From Candidatus Obscuribacterales bacterium (GTDB lineage Bacteria; Cyanobacteriota; Vampirovibrionia; Obscuribacterales; Obscuribacteraceae), in assembly GCA_965228855.1 (NCBI GenBank), contig CBDDIJ010000005.1, forward strand, positions 320,001 to 384,000: DNA of 64,000 nucleotides, in the 5' to 3' direction. A program made the position numbers and the translations under genes. The notes under the pieces were generated by a model. The model ran no database searches. It was not told the DNA's origin and saw only the letters and a list, made by a program, of their open reading frames with translations. This document shows positions 1 through 8,527 of this stretch, piece after piece (the first letter of the stretch is position 1; each line of letters starts with the position of its first letter).

Positions 1-472
1 CCAAGCAATTTGCAGCATACAGGCAATGAAGGCTGTCGAGCTGGGTGATGGCATCTCTGCCTCAAGCAGCAAAGGCTCCAGGGTTCACGATGCGCTTTAT
101 CCGGCCTCACAAGAAAGTGACGGCTACTTGCCGTTTCAACGGAAAACTAATCGCGCAGGCGGTCTGGAAGGCGGTATGACAAACGGGGAGCGACTCGTAG
201 TTCGCGCATACATGAAACCAATTCCGACTTTGCTTCGTGGACTGGATTCTGTTTCCTATCCGGATTTCGTCGCGCACAAAGCAGACTACGAACGGTCCGA
301 TGTTTGTGCAATCGCTGCAGCTTCAGTGGTGGCACGCGCGATGGTGGCGATAATTCTAGCTGATGCGTTCATGGACAAATTTGGCGGCGATTCGATATCG
401 GACATACGTGACGCATATGACAATTATCGGACATCTCTGCGAAGCGCAAAACCCAAGCCCAGTCAGGTTTAA
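1..472 (+). CDS. aroC: Chorismate synthase, C-terminal part (5' truncated by the window edge)
   Basis: Motifs KAVELGDG, TNRAGGLEGGMTNG, MKPIPT and ERSDVCA; followed by aroB. Confidence 0.95.
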   Translation, partial: QAICSIQAMKAVELGDGISASSSKGSRVHDALYPASQESDGYLPFQRKTNRAGGLEGGMTNGERLVVRAYMKPIPTLLRGLDSVSYPDFVAHKADYERSDVCAIAAASVVARAMVAIILADAFMDKFGGDSISDIRDAYDNYRTSLRSAKPKPSQV

Positions 473-587
473 CAACATCATCAGCGAGTGATGTAAGCGC
501 GACCACGGAAAAAGCTTTCGATATGTAATAAACGCTTATAGGCTGGGCATAGAGGTCTATGAGTAGCTTGGATGAAACTGCTATGGT

Positions 588-1826
588 TTGATTTCCAGAC
601 CGTTACGCGAATCTTCTCAAGAACTTATGGCTACGCGGCCACGACGCGGTCAACTTCACACGCCGAAAGGGAGCATCTCTATCATGCGTCACAAAGCCAA
701 ACACCGGGGACCGGTCGTCACAATGTTGTGGAACACGGCGCTCGAAGTTCGCACACGAGTAGCTGTTGGAGCCGGTGCCCGACATAAGTTGTCGAGCACG
801 CTCGCACAAATCGGCGCTGGAAAACGGGTGCTGGTGCTGTGTCAGGCGTCGACAGCCGTTCATTGGCTCAGAGACGTATTAGACGACCTACCTGGCGAAG
901 ACTTCAAAGTGACCACGCTTGAAGTTCCGGACGGCGAAGCTTGCAAGTCGACAGACTGGTTGATTCGTATCTGGGAACACCTACAGGAACGCAGTTTCGA
1001 TAGACACGACACGATAGTCGCCCTGGGCGGAGGTTCAGTTTCCGACCTGGCCGGATTCGCGGCCTCGACTTACTTGCGAGGTTTAAACCTTGTGATTGTG
1101 CCGACTTCCCTTCTCGCGCAAGTCGACGCCGCCATCGGAGGCAAAACAGCAGTTAACTTACCGGCCGGTAAAAACCTCGCCGGTACCTATTTCTTTCCTA
1201 AAGCGGTCCTCGCGGATCAAGAGATGCTCAGCACGGTTCCACGAAAACAGGTAATGAGCGCTATTGGCGAGATCTTGAAATACGCAATGATCGAAGAAAC
1301 CGTTGCGAAAAACAGCGATTACGAGATGGGACCAACACCACTTATCGATGTGCTGGAGAAGATTATCAAGGACGGCTTCGATATTGAAGATCCGGGAATA
1401 TCCGGACTCATTACAAGCTGTATTAAGATGAAACTGTATATAGTGGCACGCGACCCGCGGGAAGCAAATCTCAGACGAATTTTGAACCTGGGACACACCG
1501 TCGGTCATGCCCTGGAGAAAGTCGGAGACTTCAAGCTCAGTCACGGAGAGGCAGTCGGCATCGGTCTTGTGCAAACGACAAAATTGTCAGTCGCACAAAA
1601 ACGCATAGAGAAAGCAGCGGTCGAGCGTGTCAAAGAGATTTTGATCAGGGCTGAATTACCGCATGAACTGCCGAAAGGAAGCAATAAAGAAGAGCTGGTC
1701 AGCACCATGGCTCACGATAAAAAGCGACACGGCGAAAACATCAAACTTGTCTTGCCGCACACGCGTCTCGGCATGGTCGACTACGAAGTGTCCTATCCTA
1801 TTGCAGACCTCAATAAACTCCTCTGA
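588..1826 (+). CDS. aroB: 3-dehydroquinate synthase (true start probably further downstream, e.g. ATG 627)
   Basis: Motifs GGGSVSDLAGF, PTSLLAQVDAAIGGKT and LNLGHTVGHALE. Confidence 0.95.
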   Translation: MISRPLRESSQELMATRPRRGQLHTPKGSISIMRHKAKHRGPVVTMLWNTALEVRTRVAVGAGARHKLSSTLAQIGAGKRVLVLCQASTAVHWLRDVLDDLPGEDFKVTTLEVPDGEACKSTDWLIRIWEHLQERSFDRHDTIVALGGGSVSDLAGFAASTYLRGLNLVIVPTSLLAQVDAAIGGKTAVNLPAGKNLAGTYFFPKAVLADQEMLSTVPRKQVMSAIGEILKYAMIEETVAKNSDYEMGPTPLIDVLEKIIKDGFDIEDPGISGLITSCIKMKLYIVARDPREANLRRILNLGHTVGHALEKVGDFKLSHGEAVGIGLVQTTKLSVAQKRIEKAAVERVKEILIRAELPHELPKGSNKEELVSTMAHDKKRHGENIKLVLPHTRLGMVDYEVSYPIADLNKLL

Positions 1827-2767
1827 TGAATGCGTCAGGTGCGACATCCGATCCGTCAAAGACTACCGCTGAGCTCTCCATCGCGTTCCAGGGAGCGCCT
1901 GGAGCCTACAGTCATGTCGCGGCTCGTATGTTTCTGGCGAAGAAGGGCAAGGAGCTGGGATTACCGACTGACCCCAAAAGTGCCGAAGAACTGTCGGTTG
2001 TTTTCGAGTCCTGCAAATCGTTTCAAGAAGTCTACGACAAGGTTCGCGATGGCGAATGCAAATTCGGAGTGATCCCCCTTGCGAATTCATCGATAGGTGC
2101 CATTACACCCGCCTGGGAGCTCATTCTTCAGTATCAGGTCTCATTCATCGCTGACGTCTACGTTCCGGTCCACCATCAGCTGCTCGGCCTTCCTGGGACC
2201 AATCCGAAAGACATCAGGGTTGTGCTATCACATCCGGTGGCGTTAAAGCAATGTATTCGTTTTTTAAACCAGATGCCGTGGGCGCAGAGTACGGGTTTCT
2301 GGGATACGAGCGGCGCCGCCTTTCATGTAAAAGAACAGAATGATCCATCGATCGTGGCAATCGCCGGTGAAGCTTCAGCAACCCTTACCGGATTAACTAT
2401 CCTCGCAAGAGATATCGAAGACTTTAAACACAATGAAACCAGATTCGGTATCATCGCGCCGGTGAATGTAGCCATGGATGCCGTCAGCAAAAACTTTCCA
2501 ACCCGGCCCCGACTGAGTTGTTGTGTAGAGCTTGATCCGGAGACCATCGAGTTTTCCACATTTGTAGCGTCGACGATCGGCAGGCACAACGCCAAGGTTT
2601 TATCAATAGTACCGCTGATGATTCCCGAACGCTCGTGGCAGTACCGATACGTTTTCGAGCTGGAGCTAGGCTCAAACCAACAAACTCAGAACATCTGGAC
2701 AGCAATTAGAGATAATGCGACGAAAGCTCGCATTCTCGGGGTCTACAGCTCTATTCGCATTACTTAA
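1826..2767 (+). CDS. pheA: Prephenate dehydratase with a divergent C-terminal ACT domain
   Basis: Motifs [19 protein letters not shown] and NETRF; start overlaps the aroB stop. Confidence 0.9.
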   Translation: MNASGATSDPSKTTAELSIAFQGAPGAYSHVAARMFLAKKGKELGLPTDPKSAEELSVVFESCKSFQEVYDKVRDGECKFGVIPLANSSIGAITPAWELILQYQVSFIADVYVPVHHQLLGLPGTNPKDIRVVLSHPVALKQCIRFLNQMPWAQSTGFWDTSGAAFHVKEQNDPSIVAIAGEASATLTGLTILARDIEDFKHNETRFGIIAPVNVAMDAVSKNFPTRPRLSCCVELDPETIEFSTFVASTIGRHNAKVLSIVPLMIPERSWQYRYVFELELGSNQQTQNIWTAIRDNATKARILGVYSSIRIT

Positions 2768-3159
2768 TCGCCGTCAAACTTGAGCGACGCGGAATTTATG
2801 CAATAACGCAGACCCGTCGGTCTCGGACCATCTTCGAAGACATGCCCAAGGTGAGCGTCGCAGCGAGAACAGTGCACTTCTACTCGCTTCATAAATAAGG
2901 TCCGATCCTCTTCCGTTTCGACAGCCTCAGGTGAAACCGGCTGGTAGTAGCTCGGCCACCCGGATCCAGAGTCGTACTTGGTGTCTGAGTGAAACAACTC
3001 AGCATCGCAACAGACGCAGAGATAGCGCCCTTTCTCTTTGTTGTCCCAGTATTTGCCGGTGAAAGCGCGTTCTGTTCCCTTCTCACGGGTGACGTGGTAC
3101 TGCTGCGGCTCCAGCTGCTGCTTCCACTCGTCCTCCGACTTCCTGATTTTTTCCGTCAT
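2764..3159 (-). CDS. msrB: Peptide-methionine (R)-S-oxide reductase
   Basis: Motifs [28 protein letters not shown] and RYCINS. Confidence 0.97.
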   Translation of the reverse strand: MTEKIRKSEDEWKQQLEPQQYHVTREKGTERAFTGKYWDNKEKGRYLCVCCDAELFHSDTKYDSGSGWPSYYQPVSPEAVETEEDRTLFMKRVEVHCSRCDAHLGHVFEDGPRPTGLRYCINSASLKFDGD

Positions 3160-3223
3160 TGTGCCCTCAACCTCAGTCGATAATCGTTGTTATAGCACGG
3201 CGCCGAAAGATTTTTGTGTTTCG

Positions 3224-3250
3224 CGCAACTTTTCAAAACAGCCTGTGTAA
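3224..3250 (+). promoter_or_regulatory. Candidate ECF-sigma promoter (CGCAAC-N16-TGTAA)
   Basis: AAC-type -35 and GTA-type -10 at 16 nt spacing, upstream of the Spy-like/ECF sigma cluster. Confidence 0.35.
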
Positions 3251-3301
3251 TGTGTTTGAAGGGAGAGGGCTGACACTGCACAAGCCACAGGAGCAAATAT
3301 C

Positions 3302-3853
3302 ATGAGTTTCAATTCGAGTAAAACAGAATCACCGAAATGTCCAATTCACGCAATGCAAAAGTTGTGTTCAACGAAATTGCGGAAGTCCACCGTAGCTATC
3401 GTTAGCTTACTAACAGTTGCGGGGCTATCGGCATCACAGTTCGTTCCGGCATGGGCGGACAAAACGGTTGCAAGAGCTCTGGTCGATCCAGAGCTGGAAA
3501 TTGCTCTATCCAACCATTTCAAAAAGCGGTTCTTCAATCTGATAGAAGCAACGGACGAACAACAAAACAAGCTTTCCAGCATACTGACGAAACAACTGGA
3601 AGACGCGCGTCCGCTGCGCGCTCAGATCAAAGAAGATCTGCTTGACCTATCCGACCTGATGGCAGACGAGTCTTCGACTGACGAGGTCATAAAGAACAAG
3701 GTCAGCGAGATAAAAGAACTGCGCGAGCAAATTCAAGACAAGCGCCTCAACTCAATTCTCAGCGCCCGAGCAATTCTCACAGCAGATCAGAAGCGCATCG
3801 TCTCTCAACGCATGAAGGGCTTTCTGACCGGAAATCCGCGCCTCGGTCGTTGA
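3302..3853 (+). CDS. Spy/CpxP-family periplasmic protein
   Basis: Signal peptide, helical body, LTxxQ-type motifs (ATDEQ, LTADQ); AGGAG RBS. Confidence 0.75.
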   Translation: MSFNSSKTESPKCPIHAMQKLCSTKLRKSTVAIVSLLTVAGLSASQFVPAWADKTVARALVDPELEIALSNHFKKRFFNLIEATDEQQNKLSSILTKQLEDARPLRAQIKEDLLDLSDLMADESSTDEVIKNKVSEIKELREQIQDKRLNSILSARAILTADQKRIVSQRMKGFLTGNPRLGR

Positions 3854-3945
3854 GACCTGATAAATTCGTCGAATACTCAGGCGAGGTATATATGCTAGGA
3901 AGCGGCACATTGTGGCCCAAACGCAAAAAGATTTCCCTCTGGACG

Positions 3946-4557
3946 ATGGGCAACGTGGAGAATCCAAAGAGAAGCGCGAGCGACATAACTACAATTGCCG
4001 ACGCCGAACTCGTTGGGAAGACACGTGCGGGCGACAATAAGGCTTTCGAGGTCCTCGTGCGGCGGTATCAAAAGCTGGTCTACAACATCATTTATCAAAT
4101 GATTCGAAATCATGACTCAGCGTCCGATCTCACACAGGATACATTCTTGAAAGCCTACAAAGCGCTTCCTAGCTTTGATACAACAAAAAGCTTTAAACCA
4201 TGGCTTTTAAAAATTGCTACAAACTCGACACTAAACACAATCCGCGATCAAAAAGGTCAGCAATCGCTAGAAGAACTTTTGGAGGTGAATCCCCAAGCAG
4301 AACCGGCATCAACAGAGGATGTAGAACAGGAGGTAGAATGGAGAGTTTCACAGCACATGCTCTTCGACGCCCTGGGACAGCTTCCGATTCAACAGAGAAA
4401 AACTTTTGTGCTGCGTTATCAACAAGATTTGCCGTATGAGGAAATCGCTGAAATAAGCGAGCTTTCGGTGAGTTCGGTGAAGTCGCTGCTCTTTCGCGCA
4501 CGAGAAAACTTGAGAAAGATACTGTCCGAACAGCTTGCAGTCTCACAAAACGTATGA
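3946..4557 (+). CDS. ECF RNA polymerase sigma factor (start uncertain; frame open from 3850)
   Basis: Region 2 DLTQDTFLKAY / FKPWLLKIATN; region 4 YEEIAEI..SSVKSLLFRAR. Confidence 0.92.
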   Translation: MGNVENPKRSASDITTIADAELVGKTRAGDNKAFEVLVRRYQKLVYNIIYQMIRNHDSASDLTQDTFLKAYKALPSFDTTKSFKPWLLKIATNSTLNTIRDQKGQQSLEELLEVNPQAEPASTEDVEQEVEWRVSQHMLFDALGQLPIQQRKTFVLRYQQDLPYEEIAEISELSVSSVKSLLFRARENLRKILSEQLAVSQNV

Positions 4558-4572
4558 AGGTGGTGATTTAAG

Positions 4573-5034
4573 GTGGATGAATTGAACGAAACAAAATGCA
4601 GCAGAGTTCGAGAAATTTTGACAGAGATTCTGGACGATACTGCCGACTCAACCAGAAATAATCTGGAGAATAGCACTCAAGAAGTCGATGGTGAGCGCGT
4701 ATCGATTCACTTGCAGAGTTGCGATCGTTGTCAAAATTGGCAAGCGCAAACAGAAGAAATGGTGGACATGGCAAGATTGCTACCGCAATTTGACGTTTCG
4801 GAACGCCTGACTCAAAGCATTCTTGCGCAGGTGGCCGTGGTGGAAAGTTCTAAACAGCAACAATTGAGCTGGCTCGTATACGCCGCGGCCGTTGCTCTGT
4901 TCCTTTACGTAATGCTGTTCGTCGATGCGTTCGAATCGGTGTGGGGAATTGGTTCCTGGATTGTAGGTTTAGGAACTATGATTGGATTGAAACTGCTCAT
5001 TGCCGAGCCCAGAAAAGAAAGTCAGGTGGTATGA
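4573..5034 (+). CDS. Zinc-binding anti-sigma factor (ZAS/zf-HC2) with transmembrane helices
   Basis: HLQSCDRC (HxxxCxxC) motif and two TM segments; directly after the ECF sigma gene. Confidence 0.85.
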   Translation: MDELNETKCSRVREILTEILDDTADSTRNNLENSTQEVDGERVSIHLQSCDRCQNWQAQTEEMVDMARLLPQFDVSERLTQSILAQVAVVESSKQQQLSWLVYAAAVALFLYVMLFVDAFESVWGIGSWIVGLGTMIGLKLLIAEPRKESQVV

Positions 5035-5984
5035 ATTTTTGGCGCATGGTGACCAGGCAAAAGCCGACGGTGAGGACGCGAGCCGTTGGTTTTCGCTCGA
5101 CACCACATTTGATGGCACTACTACTGCTATTGTTCTATACCACAGTCAGTTTTACCGCATTCGACTCCAACAAAGCAGCAGCCCAAGCCGGCAATGAAAA
5201 CGCTGTTCACGCTCCGGTTGCGACCGAGTCGATTGCAGCAGAAGCGACTGATACCACATCAGCTAAACGCATACTCAGCAAGGAAAACTATCAAAGAAGT
5301 GATGCTCATGATTCGGCTAACGCCTATCCGGCTGGGATGGACGACGAAGATCGCTCTCGAATTGAGAAATTCAAACGTTTGGTTCCTGACCGCTGGCGAG
5401 CGTGGTTGCCGGATGCCCGAGGAAAAGCCCACCACCACACACCAGTTCTATCATACAAATATTGGTCTAACGAGCCAAAACGCTTCGCCCCTACTCTACT
5501 TTTCTGCTTATTCACCGGATTGATCGGCGTCGCATTTTTCTCGCGCCAGGTTACCGTCGCACAAGAATGCTGTAAAACTCAATTCTGGAGCTGCTTTTTC
5601 AAGGCGAGCTTGAGCGGCATCACGGTTCTTATCTCGGTAATCGTTCTCGATAGGCTTGGGATTACAGGCGCTCTGGCCACAACTTTGCTGGCAGTGTTAG
5701 AACTGGTAGTCGTAGCCGGACTATCGGTCGGCGTTTCGCTCATCGGGGAACGCGTACTTGAGAAGACAGGCTTGGCAAGACTCGAGTATTTCAAATCGCA
5801 TCCACGCATGAGCACCTTTACGAAGGTGTTCGTCGGCAGCCTTATTATCGCCCTTATCGTACAAATTCCCGGTCTCGGAAGACTTCCGCGAATCGGAATT
5901 AGAATTGCAACACTAATTGCAGTTCTAGGTGCTGGTGGTTTACTAAATACAAAGTTTGGAACGCAATCTGGAACTCCAGACTGA
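5031..5984 (+). CDS. Hypothetical multi-pass membrane protein of the ECF operon
   Basis: ATGA overlap with the anti-sigma stop; N-terminal hydrophobic segment and several C-terminal TM helices. Confidence 0.7.
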   Translation: MNFWRMVTRQKPTVRTRAVGFRSTPHLMALLLLLFYTTVSFTAFDSNKAAAQAGNENAVHAPVATESIAAEATDTTSAKRILSKENYQRSDAHDSANAYPAGMDDEDRSRIEKFKRLVPDRWRAWLPDARGKAHHHTPVLSYKYWSNEPKRFAPTLLFCLFTGLIGVAFFSRQVTVAQECCKTQFWSCFFKASLSGITVLISVIVLDRLGITGALATTLLAVLELVVVAGLSVGVSLIGERVLEKTGLARLEYFKSHPRMSTFTKVFVGSLIIALIVQIPGLGRLPRIGIRIATLIAVLGAGGLLNTKFGTQSGTPD

Positions 5985-6083
5985 CTACTCTTCCAGTTGT
6001 CCCCCTAACGACGTGTTGTCGTTAATCCATGCTGCTGCTACGGTTGCTACTACGAGAACGGCCAGACCTGCTAGGAATGACAT
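5985..6083 (-). CDS. Putative 32-aa single-TM small protein MSFLAGLAVLVVATVAAAWINDNTSLGGQLEE
   Basis: GAGG RBS shortly before the ATG; hydrophobic N-terminal helix. Confidence 0.4.
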   Translation of the reverse strand: MSFLAGLAVLVVATVAAAWINDNTSLGGQLEE

Positions 6084-6299
6084 ATAGGACCTCGAAGAGG
6101 GGATGACACAGCAACGTTTACTGCTGTGAGTGAAAGTGTACCAAGTGATATATATCGACTGATCAGACAAAGGCTCACGTTTTATATTAATCCGTGATCA
6201 AGTTGTCAGCAGAACATCCAACACCACTTCTTGGAAAGCCGCGCGGATGGAATCTCACAGACCGTCCACGGACTTTTTGCGAATTGGTTGTCATGGCGC

Positions 6300-7490
6300 T
6301 CATGCAACCACTCGTTTTGGCAGTGCATTTTCGACCTGAATTTGACGGCTGGCGTCCATGATTCGCTCGTATATGTTGCGAACCCGGGCGGCGACGCGCG
6401 GATCTGTGCATGCCAGACCAACCAGATCGAGAACCTCGCGTTCGCGAGCAACGTCACGCGAAGGCACCTTGAGCTCTTGCTTGAGCTCACCTGCACGCAT
6501 AGCGAGCATCAGACGCTCTTCCAGCAAAGCGGCAATGCTCGTGTCGGTTTTGTCAATTTCGCGACGAATATCTTTGAGTTCAGCGACCAAAGTTTCATAA
6601 CCCGTCAGTTTGTGCGACTCTTTGATCTCAGCTTGAGGCTCGTCCACGCCCTTAACTAGAGTCGGATTGCAAATGGTTCTTCCCACCGCCGCTGCAATTG
6701 GTTCGATGCTTCGAATGATTTCAATCATGTCATCCATGTGAATCGCCTGACGTGCGTCGGAAACAGACTTTTCCGGCTCAGGATGGCATTCGATCATCAA
6801 ACCATCAGCGCCGCACGCAATTGCCGCGCGAGCGAGGTCGGCGACCAGCTCTCGGCGTCCACAAGCGTGCGAAGGATCAACCAGAATCGGCAAGTGGGTC
6901 ATTTGCCGAAGGGCTACGACACCGCCGAGGTCAAGCACATTTCTCGTCGCATTATCGTAGCTTCTGATACCGCGCTCGCAAAGAATGACCTGATCGTTGC
7001 CGCCTGCGAGTATGTACTCAGCCGCGTTCACCAGTTCCTCCAGGGTTGCTGATAGCCCACGTTTGAGAATTACGGGCTTACGAAGCGTTCCGATGTGCTT
7101 CAAAAGTTCGAAGTTCTGCATGTTTCGGCTGCCGATCTGCAAAACATCGGCTGTGTGAACGGCGATATCAGCTTGCTTTTCGGACATTACTTCTGTGATA
7201 ACAGGCATACCGTACTTCTTCGAGGTGTCGGAAAGGATTTGCAGTCCTTCTTCTCCTAGTCCCTGGAAAGCGTAGGGCGAAGTGCGTGGCTTGTAGACAC
7301 CACCGCGCAGGGCGCTTACGCCTTGACCACGCAGCGCCGCGCCCACCTGGTCCATTTGCTCCTTCGACTCGACAGAGCACGGTCCGGCAACTATTAATAA
7401 GCTTCTTCCGCCACAGGTGACACCATCGGCGATCTCAACCACAGTGCGTTTTTGGGTTTCGGTAATGCTTGCTTTCAGATTCGTAGACAT
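6300..7490 (-). CDS. aroF: DAHP synthase (type I-beta) fused to a C-terminal AroQ chorismate mutase
   Basis: Motifs AGPCSVES, KPRTSPY, LCERGIR and DPSHA; C-terminal LKDIRREIDKTD..LLEER..RDVARE; AAGGA RBS before ATG 7490. Confidence 0.92.
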   Translation of the reverse strand: MSTNLKASITETQKRTVVEIADGVTCGGRSLLIVAGPCSVESKEQMDQVGAALRGQGVSALRGGVYKPRTSPYAFQGLGEEGLQILSDTSKKYGMPVITEVMSEKQADIAVHTADVLQIGSRNMQNFELLKHIGTLRKPVILKRGLSATLEELVNAAEYILAGGNDQVILCERGIRSYDNATRNVLDLGGVVALRQMTHLPILVDPSHACGRRELVADLARAAIACGADGLMIECHPEPEKSVSDARQAIHMDDMIEIIRSIEPIAAAVGRTICNPTLVKGVDEPQAEIKESHKLTGYETLVAELKDIRREIDKTDTSIAALLEERLMLAMRAGELKQELKVPSRDVAREREVLDLVGLACTDPRVAARVRNIYERIMDASRQIQVENALPKRVVA

Positions 7491-7513
7491 TGTTTTGGTT
7501 CCTTGTGAGAGTG

Positions 7514-7548
7514 AAAAAAAAGACCGACTCCGTTGCCCCGGGTCGGTC
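7514..7548 (-). terminator. Attenuator terminator 2 (proximal to aroF)
   Basis: GACCGACCCG-GGGCAA-CGGAGTCGGTC followed by T8. Confidence 0.88.
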
Positions 7549-7576
7549 ATCTAGGTCGCGTCAACGCTTCCTGGAC

Positions 7577-7627
7577 TTACCGCCCGGGGACTCTAAACGC
7601 AAAAAACCAAAAACCTTTATTACTCAT
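7577..7627 (-). CDS. Phe/Trp leader peptide 2, MSNKGFWFFAFRVPGR
   Basis: AAGGA RBS; 4 Phe and 1 Trp codons clustered; 3' end complementary to the 5' arm of terminator 2. Confidence 0.85.
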   Translation of the reverse strand: MSNKGFWFFAFRVPGR

Positions 7628-7653
7628 GACTCAATTCCTTTACTCGTGTTCTG

Positions 7654-7689
7654 AAACAAAAAGACCGCCTGCTTGTTTTGCATGCGGTC
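7654..7689 (-). terminator. Attenuator terminator 1
   Basis: GACCGCATGC-AAAACAA-GCAGGCGGTC followed by TTTTTGTTT. Confidence 0.82.
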
Positions 7690-7717
7690 CACCTCGGGTA
7701 ATCATCGTGAATCTAAC

Positions 7718-7777
7718 TCACCCCGGGTGAACCTCGCTAAACCAGAAAAATCCAAAATTGCGCATCGTTTTGCTCAT
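7718..7777 (-). CDS. Phe/Trp leader peptide 1, MSKTMRNFGFFWFSEVHPG (alternative start ATG 7765)
   Basis: 4 Phe and 1 Trp codons clustered; followed by antiterminator pairing and terminator 1. Confidence 0.8.
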   Translation of the reverse strand: MSKTMRNFGFFWFSEVHPG

Positions 7778-7815
7778 ATTGGGGCAGCTCGTGCCCGTGC
7801 GTTTCGTATGGAGCA

Positions 7816-7845
7816 ATCCTATGCGAGGTAGGTAAGAGCCGTCAA
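7816..7845 (-). promoter_or_regulatory. Sigma70-type promoter for the leader-aroF transcript
   Basis: TTGACG-N18-TAGGAT about 40 nt upstream of leader 1. Confidence 0.6.
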
Positions 7846-8013
7846 GAGAAATTTGAAGACCTGTATACAATTCCGTAAGAATTCGCAAAAGCGATGTGCA
7901 GTTTAGTCGCAAAAGCAAACAGACCTGGGGGTTTCGGATGTGAAGAATCGCACCGGATCGGCAAATTCGTTCTATATAATAAGAAAGCGTCCCTTCTATT
8001 CATATAAACAGCA

Positions 8014-8490
8014 ATGAACATACTCCTGGCAATCGATGGTTCGACTTTCTCTCATGCCGCTGTGGATGAGGTTCTCAACCGTCCGTGGCAGAGTGACACT
8101 CGGTTCAAAGTGCTAACGGTCGTCGAACCATTCCATCCCGAATACGCAGGTTGGCATGGCAATTACGTGCCCGTCGCCATGGAAGCTCAAAAGGAATTGA
8201 TTGATTCGTCTCAATCTTTAGTGAATCAAATAGCCGCGCAGCTCGGAGAGCGCTTCGCGCCTGAGCAGATTGAGAGCGAGGTAAGAGAGGGTTATATAAA
8301 AGACGTGATCGTAGAGGTGGCCAAAGATTGGCATGCGGACTTGATCATAATGGGATCGCACGGTCGAAAAGGAATAACAAAGTTCTTGCTTGGTAGCGTT
8401 TCCGAAGGAGTGCTGTCAGAGGCACCATGTTCGGTCGAAATCGTCAAAATCAAGACGGAGCAAGAGAAACTCGCCGTTGGAAACGCCTGA
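8014..8490 (+). CDS. Universal stress protein (UspA family)
   Basis: Motifs ILLAIDGS and ADLIIMGSHGRKG..LLGSVSEGV..APCSV. Confidence 0.95.
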   Translation: MNILLAIDGSTFSHAAVDEVLNRPWQSDTRFKVLTVVEPFHPEYAGWHGNYVPVAMEAQKELIDSSQSLVNQIAAQLGERFAPEQIESEVREGYIKDVIVEVAKDWHADLIIMGSHGRKGITKFLLGSVSEGVLSEAPCSVEIVKIKTEQEKLAVGNA

Positions 8491-8527
8491 CAATTAAACG
8501 GCTGCGCCGACATGCTAGACTCCTCGA

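Noticed and set aside
7491..7550. ORF-track N-terminal extension of aroF (start 7550)
   Set aside because: It runs through terminator 2; ATG 7490 has a proper AAGGA RBS.
7778..7918. 66-aa ORF 7718-7918
   Set aside because: Its upstream part spans the predicted promoter; only the last 15-19 codons (leader 1) are credible.
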